Below, in pieces: positions 27,258 through 37,294 of a stretch of 64,000 nucleotides of DNA. The DNA lies in contig CAJWVZ010000005.1 of the NCBI GenBank assembly GCA_913048385.1, positions 54,268 to 118,267 on the forward strand. Reading direction: 5' to 3'. Every line of letters begins with the position of its first letter. Position 1 is the first letter of the stretch. The position numbers and the translations under genes were made by a program. The notes below the pieces were generated by a model. That model searched no databases and had not been told where the DNA came from. It saw only the letters and a list, made by a program, of their open reading frames with translations. This DNA comes from an uncultured Gammaproteobacteria bacterium. Lineage in GTDB: Bacteria > Pseudomonadota > Gammaproteobacteria > Pseudomonadales > Pseudohongiellaceae.

Positions 27258-28295
27258 TTAACGCCATCCTGCGCGATCCGCCATGCGCACGGCTGAGTCA
27301 TTATTGCGCCCCAAGGTATCAAGATTGAGGCTGTCTGCCTTAAAATCACCAAAGCCTCTTAGAGCATCACTCACAGGGATATCACTTCGCACAGAATATT
27401 CATTATTAACCTCGGAATAAAATTGTTGCGCAAAATCACCAGTCAAAAATTCTAACAATTGCACAGCTTCCATCTTATTCGGTGCTGTTTTCACCACACC
27501 AGCGCCACTCACATTCATATGGGCACCTCGGCGCTCTGATTCATTATCACCGGTTTGATTTGGAAAAAAAACACCAACCTGTTTTGCAACTTCTACATCT
27601 GCCTCGACGTCAGAAATAAGCATTCCAGCAAGGTAATAAGTATTTGAGACGGCTAACTTGCACTGACCCGCAATCGCGGCTCTAATTTGATCTCGATCTC
27701 CGCCCTGCGGGCTTCGGGCAAAATTCGCCACGAGTCCTCGGGTCCATTCCTCCGCAGCTCCAGCTCCGACATGAGCTATCAATGAAGCTAACAGCGACTG
27801 ATTGTAAATATTGCTTGACGAACGTATGCAAATTTCATTTCGCCACTTAGGGTTAGCCAAATCCTCATAAGTTGAAAGTTCACTGGCATCAACTCTAGAC
27901 TTGTCATACATGATCACTCTAGATCGGAGAGAAAGACCAAACCACTTGTCATCAACATCCCTGTATGCAACCGGTATACGAGCCTTTAATGTGGCCGAGT
28001 CAATTGACTGAAAAATATCCGCCTCCTTCGCTCGATATAACCTTCCCGCGTCCACAGTAAGCAATACATCCGCCGGAGAATTAACGCCTTCACTTTCGAT
28101 CCGTCTTATCAATGCACTCGCATTCTCAGTGATCAGGTTTACGGTGATTCCCGTGTCTCGGGTGAACTGATCGAGCGCCGGCTTTATTAGATCCTCTCCG
28201 CGGGCGGAATAAACATTTACCTCTGCCGCGAAAACCGACCCCACAAGTAACCAAAAAAACCCTAAAAAAAACGTGAAGACAGTCCTTAAGCTCAT
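27258..28295 (-). CDS. periplasmic Fe(3+)-type ABC substrate-binding protein (FbpA/AfuA family)
   Basis: Signal peptide, VNVYSARGEDLI, SPADVLLTVDAG, LSLRSRVIMYD and the paired tyrosines in SNTYYLAG. These align by eye with the FbpA Tyr-Tyr iron ligands. Confidence 0.8.
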   Translation of the reverse strand: MSLRTVFTFFLGFFWLLVGSVFAAEVNVYSARGEDLIKPALDQFTRDTGITVNLITENASALIRRIESEGVNSPADVLLTVDAGRLYRAKEADIFQSIDSATLKARIPVAYRDVDDKWFGLSLRSRVIMYDKSRVDASELSTYEDLANPKWRNEICIRSSSNIYNQSLLASLIAHVGAGAAEEWTRGLVANFARSPQGGDRDQIRAAIAGQCKLAVSNTYYLAGMLISDVEADVEVAKQVGVFFPNQTGDNESERRGAHMNVSGAGVVKTAPNKMEAVQLLEFLTGDFAQQFYSEVNNEYSVRSDIPVSDALRGFGDFKADSLNLDTLGRNNDSAVRMADRAGWR

Positions 28296-28466
28296 CTTTT
28301 AATCCTCTTATCCTGTAATTTAAAACCTTCTACCCCACCCTTCTTCGGGCCTTGTGGCCCGATCAGGGAAATAACGGTCTAGTGCAATTGAGCAATATTG
28401 ATACCAGAACACTTTTGTGCGACTTGTACGTTGCATTGCTGTGCTAACTATTATTTAAGACCGGAG

Positions 28467-28495
28467 ATCCTATCGTAAATGAGAATGATTATCAA
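28467..28495 (-). promoter_or_regulatory. sigma-70-like promoter overlapped by a Fur box
   Basis: The minus strand reads TTGATA-17 nt-TAGGAT. The plus strand at 28475..28493 (gtaaatgagaatgattatc) matches the Fur consensus GATAATGATAATCATTATC at 15 of 19 positions by eye. Confidence 0.5.
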
Positions 28496-28705
28496 TACGT
28501 TTGAGTGCGAGCTTTTGCATGATTTAGCTACCAATAAATATTCGCTTCTTATCCTATTGTCGATAAACTCTCTGTTTAGGACTAATTTTAGGAACCGGTG
28601 CCAGACCTATTCGAAATTTGACAAATCTTCTTTTTGCAATTCAATCTCAGGAACAAACGCATGAGCCATCCCAGCAAATACAAACGTCGTGAAATTGGTT
28701 CATCG

Positions 28706-30031
28706 ATGTCAAATGTAACGATTGCAATTGCAGCACTTCTCGGGGCGGCTTCAGTTTCGGCAACTGAAAAAGATCTTTATGAAATAGCGACGGCGCCATC
28801 CGATGAGCGCATTGCTGATGACATTCAGACTCTTGTAGATTTTGGCACGCGTCATACTTTGTCGTTAACTCAATCAAACTCAAGAGGTATCGGTGCAGCT
28901 AGGCGCTGGCTTGCGAATGAGTTTGAAGAAATCTCAGAGAACTGTGGGCAATGCCTAGAAATTTTAACTGTCGGAGACATCGTTTCAGGTCCGAGAATTC
29001 CAAATCCGACAGAAGTGGTTAATATTGTTGCCATCCTTCGCGGGTCTGAGGACCCGAACCGATTTATAATAATGAGCGGCGATATCGATTCAAGGGTCAG
29101 CGACCCTATGGATTCAGAATCTGACTCACCCGGAGCAAACGATAATGCGTCTGGGCTTGCAGGCGTCTTAGAGGCGGCAAGGGTACTTACCAAACATCGG
29201 TTCAAGGCATCCGTCGCCTTTGTCGGTCTGTCGGGCGAAGAGCAAGGTTTGTACGGTGGCGCCATTCTTGCTGAATATGCCTTGGAGAAAAAGTGGAATG
29301 TGGATGCTGTAATTAACAACGATATGATTGGGAATATTTCTGGTGAAAATGGTGTTGTTAACAACACCACGGCAAGAGTTTTTTCCGAGGGCACCCGCTA
29401 CACAGAGACTGAAGAGGAAGCACGGATGCGCAGATTCCAAGGGGGTGAGGTTGACTCCGCCTCTCGAAATCTCGCTCGTTATATCAAACGTGTTGGCGAT
29501 CAATATGTACCCAACTTGGACGTAATGGTTGTTTACCGATTGGACCGCTTCGCGCGCGGAGGTCACCACCGACCATTCAATGAAGTCGGATTTCCGGCCG
29601 TTCGCATCATGGAGACAAATGAAAACTACACTCAACAACACCAAGATCTGGGGGAGAGAGATGGGGTTTACTACGGAGATACAATTGACCACGTCAATTT
29701 TAAGTATGCCGCAAAAATAACGGGACTTAATGCTGCAACTCTCGCTTCACTGGCTTGGGCACCGCCACCGCCAATGTCGGTCGAGATAAACGGCCAAGTC
29801 AGCTCGGACACAACACTCAGCTGGAACAAAGTTAAAGGTGCCGAGTACTACAGACTTCATTGGCGGTTGACCACTTCTCCAAGTTGGGATTATCACCGAG
29901 ACGTTGGTGATGTTGATACCTTCACATTAGACGATATCGTCATTGATAATTATTATTTCGGCGTGTCCAGTGTCTCAGAGCAAGGAATAGCAAGCCCTAT
30001 TGTATTCCCTGGCCCGGCGGGAGCTTTCTGA
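28706..30031 (+). CDS. secreted M28 family aminopeptidase with a C-terminal fibronectin-III-like domain
   Basis: Signal peptide MSNVTIAIAALLGAASVSA from ATG 28706 (the track start 28634 is further upstream). GANDNASG and GLSGEEQGLYG zinc-ligand motifs. C-terminal LSWNKVKGAEYYRLHWR is FN3-like. Confidence 0.8.
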   Translation: MSNVTIAIAALLGAASVSATEKDLYEIATAPSDERIADDIQTLVDFGTRHTLSLTQSNSRGIGAARRWLANEFEEISENCGQCLEILTVGDIVSGPRIPNPTEVVNIVAILRGSEDPNRFIIMSGDIDSRVSDPMDSESDSPGANDNASGLAGVLEAARVLTKHRFKASVAFVGLSGEEQGLYGGAILAEYALEKKWNVDAVINNDMIGNISGENGVVNNTTARVFSEGTRYTETEEEARMRRFQGGEVDSASRNLARYIKRVGDQYVPNLDVMVVYRLDRFARGGHHRPFNEVGFPAVRIMETNENYTQQHQDLGERDGVYYGDTIDHVNFKYAAKITGLNAATLASLAWAPPPPMSVEINGQVSSDTTLSWNKVKGAEYYRLHWRLTTSPSWDYHRDVGDVDTFTLDDIVIDNYYFGVSSVSEQGIASPIVFPGPAGAF

Positions 30032-30151
30032 AATAAACAGAAGGCACCTAAGAAAGAAATCTGCGGTTATTTGTAAGGGTTTTTCGTTCTACGATCGCAA
30101 AAGATTGGGCGCAAAAGGCGAGCCCTACTTAACATTTCATGAGAATAATCT

Positions 30152-31243
30152 ATGTGCCCTCTTTTTAACCCGGATCGGCCGATCCGAATCGGATCAACCA
30201 AAGGCCTCGCTTTGTTTTTATGTTTGTTTTTTTCCGGATTACTGATTCCGTTTTTAAGCATAGCTCAAACAAACCTAACCGACACACTAAGTACACAAGA
30301 CCTAGGTTATTACTTGGTACAAGCATTTAATGCTGATCAGTCAACTGATCGACAACCGATAAACCATCTTGGTATCGAGGGGACTAAAGTAACAAAAGGG
30401 ATCATGGTCACGGGAGTTTTGGAGGGATATCCAGCGCATGCGGTCGGGATACGCCGAGGAGACACCATATTGTCCGCTAACGATGAACCTTTTCATCCAG
30501 TTTTAACGCTAAACCCAGGAGCCCGACGCGAAATCTTTGAACCAGATCTTGACCCAATCAATCTAAGTTATCTACGGAACAATACAATACAAACCACACG
30601 CTTGAACGCCGTATTTGAGAACCTTTTCGATAGCTATCGTACAGCGACACGTAATAGTGTTTTAGAATTTAATTCTGGAAACAAAGTCATTGGGTATATT
30701 CGATTGTGGGCAATTTCTCGCTCGACTCATGATCTAAATACTTTTCGAGAAATATTAACAAGCCTTGACCATTGTGATGGAATTATTTTAGATCTAAGAA
30801 GCGGGTATGGCTTTATCGATCATATCCATTTTGCCTCCTTCCTAAGCGACAATGAGTTGAGAAGCATTCTAGGTAAATCTAGTAAAATCGAATCACTTGC
30901 AAGTTCAACTTATCGCAAACCATTGGGAATATTAATCGATAACCAGACCAGTGGTCGCAATGAGTTTTTTGCTTCCGCGCTCGCTCAGCTCAGCCGAACA
31001 GTGGTCATTGGTGATACTTCTGCTGGCAAATTCGGAACGTTTCAGAAAAATAAAAGAAATACGCGAGCTGATGACACCGTAAAATTTTTATACGAGCCAC
31101 AAGCCAACGCGGAACAATATAAATTTGCAATTGAGGGTCAAGGATTAGTACCAGATCAAAAAGTGTTATTTCCGTTTAATAAAAATATTGCAGGCGATCT
31201 ACAATTTGACGCAGCGGTACTTACTTTGTTGGGAACTATCTAA
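30152..31243 (+). CDS. PDZ-domain protein related to S41 (C-terminal processing) peptidases
   Basis: PDZ segment GIMVTGVLEGYPAHAVGIRRGDTILSANDEPF. S41-like ILDLRSGYG and ILIDNQTSGRNEFFASAL...VIGDTSAGKFGTFQ. Confidence 0.55.
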   Translation: MCPLFNPDRPIRIGSTKGLALFLCLFFSGLLIPFLSIAQTNLTDTLSTQDLGYYLVQAFNADQSTDRQPINHLGIEGTKVTKGIMVTGVLEGYPAHAVGIRRGDTILSANDEPFHPVLTLNPGARREIFEPDLDPINLSYLRNNTIQTTRLNAVFENLFDSYRTATRNSVLEFNSGNKVIGYIRLWAISRSTHDLNTFREILTSLDHCDGIILDLRSGYGFIDHIHFASFLSDNELRSILGKSSKIESLASSTYRKPLGILIDNQTSGRNEFFASALAQLSRTVVIGDTSAGKFGTFQKNKRNTRADDTVKFLYEPQANAEQYKFAIEGQGLVPDQKVLFPFNKNIAGDLQFDAAVLTLLGTI

Positions 31244-31450
31244 TTTGTGTACAGATTTCAACAGGACTTTCCAAGAACATTTTAGATTCCGTGCCGACCG
31301 AAAACTCAATTCCACAGTCAATATTTCAATAAAACAATAATTTCTTGTGCTATGTTTTGCAGACTTCATTATACTTGGACCAAGATAATTCAATGTATTT
31401 ACGGAACTCTAAAATAAGCAATTTAATATAACTCAAAAAGGAGCCAGTTA

Positions 31451-32878
31451 ATGACTGCAGCTTACACCAAATTTTTTATCAATGGCCAATGGGTTGAGCC
31501 AACAAATAGGCAAACTCTTGATGTGATCAATCCCGCTACAGAAGAATCTTTTGCTAGGATAAGCCTCGGTACAGCGAGTGATATCGATGCTGCAGCAAAA
31601 TCAGCGAGAGCGGCATTTGACTCTTGGTCCCAATCAAGTGTCGAGGAAAGAAAGGCCGTTATCAGCAACATTATCGCCGGCCTTAAGGCTCGCGGTGATG
31701 AAATGGCAAGCGCCATTTCCCAGGAAATGGGTGCTCCAATGAGTCTTGCGAAAACTGCACAGCTCGGAAGTGGCATGGGACACTTTGCCGCCATTCTGGG
31801 CATTCTAGATAATTTCAACTTTGAGGAAACTCGCGGGAGCACAAAAATAGTAAAGGAAGCTGCTGGCGTCTGTGGATTCATTACTCCTTGGAATTGGCCT
31901 CTCAACCAAATCGCTTGTAAGGTCGCACCAGCTATCGCCGCTGGCTGCACTATTGTTCTAAAACCAAGCGAAATCGCACCAATAAGCGGATATATCTTAG
32001 CAGAAATAATTGCCGAGTCCGGTTTACCTGCCGGAGTCTTTAACTTAGTGAACGGAGATGGTCCTACAGTCGGCGCCGCCATTTCTTCGCACCCTGAAAT
32101 CGATTTGGTTTCATTTACAGGCTCCACTCGAGCAGGCCGAGAGGTCGCCAAGGCAGCTTCTGATGGAATCAAGCGAGTAACACAGGAACTCGGCGGCAAG
32201 TCTGCGAACATTATCCTTGAAGATGTTGAAGACTTTACGAAGGCTGTTGCTGGTGGTGTGTTGGGATGCTTCGGAAACAGCGGTCAATCATGCAACGCTC
32301 CCACCCGTATGCTAGTCCCAAAGTCAAAGATGGCTGAGACAATCGAAATCGCAAAAGCGGCAGCCTCAAAAGCCGTTGTCGGCGACCCCAATGCGGAAAC
32401 AACACGATTAGGGCCTGTGGTAAGCAAACTACAATTTGATAAAATTACCGCACTCATTGAGCGTGGCATCGAAGAAGGCGCTGAATTAATAGTTGGGGGA
32501 CCCGGCCGACCTGAAGGTATTGAAACAGGCTACTTTATCCAGCCAACCATTTTCGCAAATGTTACTAACGATATGAATATCGCTCGCGAGGAAGTATTCG
32601 GTCCTGTGCTAAGCATACTAGCTTATGATGACGATGGCGATGCCGTGGCGATAGCCAATGACACTGATTACGGCCTGTCAGGTTATGTGTCGGGTGAAAT
32701 ATCTCATGCACAAAAAATAGCTCGGCAAATAAGAACGGGTATGGTCCATATCAATGGTGCCGGTCCGGATTTTGCTGCACCTTTTGGTGGATACAAGCAA
32801 TCTGGGAATGGCCGAGAATGGGGCCTCGAAGGATTCGAAGAATACCTCGAGACAAAATCCATGATGGGCGCTGCATAG
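31451..32878 (+). CDS. NAD(P)-dependent aldehyde dehydrogenase
   Basis: FITPWNWPL, GSTRAGREV, ELGGKSANII and GNSGQSCNAPTR (catalytic Cys), plus EEVFGPV. Confidence 0.9.
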   Translation: MTAAYTKFFINGQWVEPTNRQTLDVINPATEESFARISLGTASDIDAAAKSARAAFDSWSQSSVEERKAVISNIIAGLKARGDEMASAISQEMGAPMSLAKTAQLGSGMGHFAAILGILDNFNFEETRGSTKIVKEAAGVCGFITPWNWPLNQIACKVAPAIAAGCTIVLKPSEIAPISGYILAEIIAESGLPAGVFNLVNGDGPTVGAAISSHPEIDLVSFTGSTRAGREVAKAASDGIKRVTQELGGKSANIILEDVEDFTKAVAGGVLGCFGNSGQSCNAPTRMLVPKSKMAETIEIAKAAASKAVVGDPNAETTRLGPVVSKLQFDKITALIERGIEEGAELIVGGPGRPEGIETGYFIQPTIFANVTNDMNIAREEVFGPVLSILAYDDDGDAVAIANDTDYGLSGYVSGEISHAQKIARQIRTGMVHINGAGPDFAAPFGGYKQSGNGREWGLEGFEEYLETKSMMGAA

Positions 32879-32983
32879 CAGGGCTTATCGTTAAACATGG
32901 GGGGGTCAATTTTTTCGAGGCCATCTTTTGTACTCGAAAAAATTGTCATCTGCTAAATTTAATTAACACATGAGGAAACTACA

Positions 32984-33388
32984 TTGGCCGTAGATATAAC
33001 TAAACCCTCGATAGATCTTGGCATTATTGCCATCGACATTGATGCAATGATGACATTTTATGGACAAACTCTAGGCTTGCCTCTTGAGGGCAGTATGCCT
33101 ATGCCTGGCGGGGGAACAATGAACCGATTTAAGGCCGGTGACAGTGTTATCAAAGTGATCTCCTTAGAGCCCCAAGCGGAGGCAGCAGCTCCTCCGGGTG
33201 GGATCCGCGGCGCTACAGGATACCGTTACTGGACCATCACCGTCAGCAATCTTCCCGAATGCATAGAAAAAGCAGATGCCGCAGGCGCAAAAATCATAGT
33301 AAGGTCAAAAGAAGTAAGGCCTGGAATTACGATCGCGATTTTAGCAGATCCAGACGGCAACTGGGTTGAGCTCCTCCAAATGAGTTGA
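32984..33388 (+). CDS. VOC / glyoxalase-family protein
   Basis: 134 aa with a TTG start 7 nt after GAGGA. The C-terminal LADPDGNWVELLQ motif is typical of VOC proteins. Confidence 0.65.
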   Translation: MAVDITKPSIDLGIIAIDIDAMMTFYGQTLGLPLEGSMPMPGGGTMNRFKAGDSVIKVISLEPQAEAAAPPGGIRGATGYRYWTITVSNLPECIEKADAAGAKIIVRSKEVRPGITIAILADPDGNWVELLQMS

Positions 33389-33422
33389 AGTCCGTGACCG
33401 GATGATTAATCTGCTCGCGCTA

Positions 33423-33456
33423 TGGTTTGATGGATGGATTTTTATCCATCAAACCA
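33423..33456. terminator. strong bidirectional hairpin between convergent genes
   Basis: A perfect 13-bp stem (tggtttgatggat / atccatcaaacca) with an 8-nt loop, between the stops at 33388 (+) and 33485 (-). Confidence 0.7.
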
Positions 33457-33484
33457 CTAACGAAACTACGTCTTTAATTTTATA

Positions 33485-33988
33485 TTACCAAATGCTGCGA
33501 GCAGTTAGATTGATGTCTATTTTCGCTCCGCTAGCCTGCTCTACGTGAATTATAAAAACCTCATTTTCTGGATGACTATAACCAAGGGACTTCATCCCGC
33601 CCTCATCTGTCGCGTTGAAAAGAACACTGCTAGCAGTAATTTCTCCTAGCTCCATACGCTGCGCACCCGACGTCCGAGGCTTGAATCCGGGATCCCATTG
33701 CTGAATGTGTAACACGAGCGATCCAGCTTCCTCTTCAATTGTTATCATTTCAAACATGCTTGTTGCGTCATCGCCCGTCATACGAACCATCGCTGCAAGT
33801 GAGCGGCCTTCCACCGCAATCCAATTTTCCTCTAACTGATTTGGGCCCAATGCACCTGCCCAATTTCCTGTCATCCACGACAATTGTTCTATTTTAGCGC
33901 TAGGCCCTGCAGCAAACACTATACTCGCCACAAAAACACTAACAAATGTTACAAAACTAAAAACAAGCTTTTTAACTATCATTTTCAT
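33485..33988 (-). CDS. secreted DUF6265-like protein
   Basis: Signal peptide. LSWMTGNWAG...EENWIA...MFEMITIEEEAGSLVLHIQQWDPGF pattern. Confidence 0.45.
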   Translation of the reverse strand: MKMIVKKLVFSFVTFVSVFVASIVFAAGPSAKIEQLSWMTGNWAGALGPNQLEENWIAVEGRSLAAMVRMTGDDATSMFEMITIEEEAGSLVLHIQQWDPGFKPRTSGAQRMELGEITASSVLFNATDEGGMKSLGYSHPENEVFIIHVEQASGAKIDINLTARSIW

Positions 33989-34073
33989 CTCCTTGTCTTA
34001 CTAAATCAAAATTAAAATTTTTCAATATGAATACCCAAAACCTCTCTACTAAATTTGAGAACAGTTTGGTGCC

Positions 34074-34871
34074 CTAACGACGACGATAAGCGTCTTCAAA
34101 CTTAGCATTCAACCTCTGCATTCCCGCAAGCCATCGATCATAGTCCTCGGTCTTTCGTCGCATATAAGTCAATACTTCTGGATGCGGAAGAACTAAAAAT
34201 TTTTCTTCGGAAAGAGTCGTTACTACCGTATCTGCAAGTTGCTCCGGCTCGAGCATTCCGTCTAAGCCTGCAACGCCGCCATCTCCAGCGCCAACAGCAG
34301 TCATCGCTGTTCTCACGGCCTGTGGACAAAGCACTGAGACTTTGATCCCACGCTGGCCATAGGTTATTGCCAACCACTCAGCAAAACCGACAGCCGCATG
34401 TTTTGTAACCGCATAAGGGGCAGAACCTACTTGACTAAGCAGCCCTGCGGCTGAGGAGGTATTCAGTAAATAACCCTTTCCCCTCGCGAGCATACTCGGA
34501 AGAACAGAGCGCGCAGCAAAAACATGGGACATTACATTGACGTCCCAAATCGATTGCCAGGCATCTGTTGATACCGTTTCATCTCCAGGAGTAAAAATTC
34601 CAGCATTTGAACAAAATAGATCTATATGGCCAAAGGTATCAAGAGCTCTTTGTGCCAACTCACCAACTTCGTCCTCCACTCCAACATTGCACTCCACACC
34701 AAAAGCCTCAGTCTTAGGAGCTATACTTTCGACGGTATCTGTAAGCCCCTTGGGTTCTATATCTGAAGCAATGATTCCTCTCGCTCCCTCAGCAGCGAAT
34801 CGCTCACACAACGACTTCCCTATTCCACTTGCGGCCCCTGTAATTACTATAACTTTATCTTTTGCTTTCAT
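34074..34871 (-). CDS. short-chain dehydrogenase/reductase (SDR)
   Basis: TGAASGIG cofactor motif, NAG and the catalytic YAVTKHA (YxxxK). Confidence 0.85.
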   Translation of the reverse strand: MKAKDKVIVITGAASGIGKSLCERFAAEGARGIIASDIEPKGLTDTVESIAPKTEAFGVECNVGVEDEVGELAQRALDTFGHIDLFCSNAGIFTPGDETVSTDAWQSIWDVNVMSHVFAARSVLPSMLARGKGYLLNTSSAAGLLSQVGSAPYAVTKHAAVGFAEWLAITYGQRGIKVSVLCPQAVRTAMTAVGAGDGGVAGLDGMLEPEQLADTVVTTLSEEKFLVLPHPEVLTYMRRKTEDYDRWLAGMQRLNAKFEDAYRRR

Positions 34872-35152
34872 AGATCTTGCCCACCATTAGCCCAAACAAA
34901 AAGAGGTTATTTTAAATCATTGCTGGAACAACAAAATTGAATAATTCCTCCGTACAAAAATTCGTAAACTTCAACCCAATCTCGATAAGTTTTTGCACCT
35001 ACGGAAGAGAATTTTGGTCGATATTATGATAACTTTGTAGTCACATTTTAAAATCAAAATAACTCACGAGCTCCAGCAGCCGAATATAACGGACTTTCAC
35101 GGAAAGCTCCAACGCTTGTGGTCATTGCTCTGCGACAGAGCAGGAGATAGGA

Positions 35153-37228
35153 ATGAAACAAGGTAGCTACAATTTTTTATTCTGTGCGATTATTTCAGTG
35201 TTGATATCAACGTCAAGCTTTGCCCAAAATGGCCTGCAAGCAATCGAAGAAATAACTATCACCTCTAATAGCCGTCAGTCGGAGGGTATGGCTGACATTA
35301 ATGCTGCGGTCTCTGTAATCGCGAGGGACGAACTCACGGCAATAGCACATACCCATGCCCAAGAAGCTCTCAATCGCTTACCCGGTGTTAGTATCCATCG
35401 AAATAATGGACGAGAGAGTCTCACGGCTATTAGATCACCCGTACTAACCGGAGCCGGCGCTTGCGGCGCTTTTCTAATAGCTGAGAATGGCATTCCGGTA
35501 AGGTCCAATGGGTTTTGTAACGTAAATGAAATGTTCGATACTCATTCAGAGAATGCGGAGCGAGTGGAGGTCGTTCGCGGACCCGGTAGCGCGTTTTGGG
35601 GTTCAAATGCAGTTCACGGTCTTATTAACGTTGTGCTACCCAAGGCTGGTGATGCAGGCACCCTCACAGTGGAACAAGGGCCGTGGGGTTCAAAGCGTGT
35701 GAAGACACAGATCGGCAAAGATTATGGAAATCTCAAACAACTTCTGCTTCTTAACGGAGTTAACGAGCAAGGCTATCGCGAGAACAGCGGGGTAGACCAA
35801 CAGAAACTTTCTTGGTTATACAACTACACATCCAGCAATGGCTGGGACCTAGACGGTGGCTTTTCATATCTCAATCTAAACCAAGAAACGGCCGGCTACA
35901 TTGTGGGTAATGGCAGTTATGAGGGTGATGGCCGTGACGGAAATCCGAATCCTGAGGCATACCGAGACAGCGTCAACGGCCGCATCTGGACCTCGTTTAG
36001 CAAGACGCTCGGAAACTGGGATGTCGTCATTACCCCTTATGCTCGCGAAGTCAACATGAACTTCATGCAGCACTTTTTGCCAGGGAAACCGATTGAAGAC
36101 ACGTACCACAGATCGATTGGCACTCAGAGCGCCTTTTACAAAACGTTAGCAAGTGGTGCTGAATTTGCATTGGGGTTTGACATTGAGGGAACAGATGGAA
36201 AACTAATGCAGTTTCAGCCGAACCCAACCGTTGGCTCATTCTTTTTGCGCAACCACATCCCGCAAGGCAAACACTATGATTTTACCGTCAAGTCACGTCA
36301 GCTGGCTGCATTTGTAAACTACGAGCAGAACCTAACAGAGTCTCTTCGACTTTCTTTGGGCCTTCGAGCAGAGGAAATGGACTATGAATATGACAATTTA
36401 ATGCTCGATGGCCGCACCAATGACGCCGGTATCGCTTGCCGATTTGGTTGCAGATACAGTCGCCCTTCGGACCGAAGCGATAATTTTACCAACCTCTCCC
36501 CGAAGCTTGGGCTTAGTTATGCAATCGGTGAAAACTACAGCCTGCAATTTAGGGCTCAACGAGGGTTTCGGGCGCCCCAAGCGACCGAGTTATATCGCTT
36601 GCAGAACACTCAGACTGTAGCAAACTTAAGTTCTGTCGAACTTGACAGCTATGAATTTGAATTCAAAGGTACCGGCATCAACTGGAACTATTCAGTTTCA
36701 ATTTATTCGATGGATAAAGACAATGAGATCATGTCGAATAGTTCTCGTACAAATCTTAATGGTAATGCTACATCGCACCGCGGTGCTGAATTTGGCGCGG
36801 GAATCGACCTCAGCTCAACTCTTTCCCTGGCTGGAACCTTTAATTTCGCGGATCACTCTTATGAGAATCCATTGATCTCTGGCGGAATCAATATCAAGGG
36901 GAAGGATGTAGATACGGCGCCAGATCGATTTGGCAATCTCCGCCTAAAATGGACGCCAACCGAGACTCTCTCAAGCGAGATGGAATTAGTGCATATGGGT
37001 GACTACTTCACAAACCCAGAAAATACTGCGAAATACGACGGTCACGATGTCGTAAATCTTCGTACGCAATACGAAGCCAGTGAATCATTATTGATTTATG
37101 TAAATATCATGAACTTATTCGATGAAGAATATGCAGAGCGAGCCGACTGGACTTCATTTGCGGGCGATCGATATTTTCCAGGCGAACCTCTTCGGGCCTA
37201 TCTAGGGTTTACCTATAAATATCGTTAA
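35153..37228 (+). CDS. TonB-dependent outer-membrane receptor
   Basis: Signal peptide, plug domain (VEVVRGPGSAFWGSNAVHGLINVV), a long beta-barrel and a C-terminal ...YLGFTYKYR with a terminal aromatic-rich strand. Confidence 0.85.
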   Translation: MKQGSYNFLFCAIISVLISTSSFAQNGLQAIEEITITSNSRQSEGMADINAAVSVIARDELTAIAHTHAQEALNRLPGVSIHRNNGRESLTAIRSPVLTGAGACGAFLIAENGIPVRSNGFCNVNEMFDTHSENAERVEVVRGPGSAFWGSNAVHGLINVVLPKAGDAGTLTVEQGPWGSKRVKTQIGKDYGNLKQLLLLNGVNEQGYRENSGVDQQKLSWLYNYTSSNGWDLDGGFSYLNLNQETAGYIVGNGSYEGDGRDGNPNPEAYRDSVNGRIWTSFSKTLGNWDVVITPYAREVNMNFMQHFLPGKPIEDTYHRSIGTQSAFYKTLASGAEFALGFDIEGTDGKLMQFQPNPTVGSFFLRNHIPQGKHYDFTVKSRQLAAFVNYEQNLTESLRLSLGLRAEEMDYEYDNLMLDGRTNDAGIACRFGCRYSRPSDRSDNFTNLSPKLGLSYAIGENYSLQFRAQRGFRAPQATELYRLQNTQTVANLSSVELDSYEFEFKGTGINWNYSVSIYSMDKDNEIMSNSSRTNLNGNATSHRGAEFGAGIDLSSTLSLAGTFNFADHSYENPLISGGINIKGKDVDTAPDRFGNLRLKWTPTETLSSEMELVHMGDYFTNPENTAKYDGHDVVNLRTQYEASESLLIYVNIMNLFDEEYAERADWTSFAGDRYFPGEPLRAYLGFTYKYR

Positions 37229-37294
37229 TCTTTATTTATAATATGCATATTAAGCCAGGGAGTATATTATCTTCTTTGTCTTAGGATCCTTGTC

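Noticed and set aside
28338-28368. TPP-riboswitch-like element in the leader of the ABC importer. The - strand reads CCCUGAUC-GGGCC-ACAA-GGCCC-GAAGAAGGG, which resembles the pyrophosphate-sensor arm ACCUGAUCUGG...CCAGCGUAGGGA. ThiB proteins belong to the same binding-protein superfamily.
   Set aside because: The 5' half of a TPP aptamer is missing: there is no GGGGUGC and no CUGAGA, only CUAGACC. The binding protein keeps the FbpA-type Tyr-Tyr pair, and a good Fur box sits at the promoter. The partial resemblance is most likely coincidental; an Rfam scan would settle it.
28870-29692. Two 174-aa - strand ORFs inside the M28 peptidase gene
   Set aside because: The opposite strand carries clear M28 zinc-ligand motifs. 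These are antisense artefacts.
31462-32211. 249-aa ORF antisense to the aldehyde dehydrogenase gene
   Set aside because: It lies entirely inside a gene with unmistakable ALDH motifs on the other strand. The translated sequence is low-complexity (Ala/Pro/Ser/Arg-rich), typical of antisense frames.
35019-35040. Possible Fur box (TATTATGATAACTTTGTAG) upstream of the TonB-dependent receptor
   Set aside because: It matches the 19-bp Fur consensus at only about 11 of 19 positions by eye, in an AT-rich spacer. That is too weak to call without a scoring matrix.
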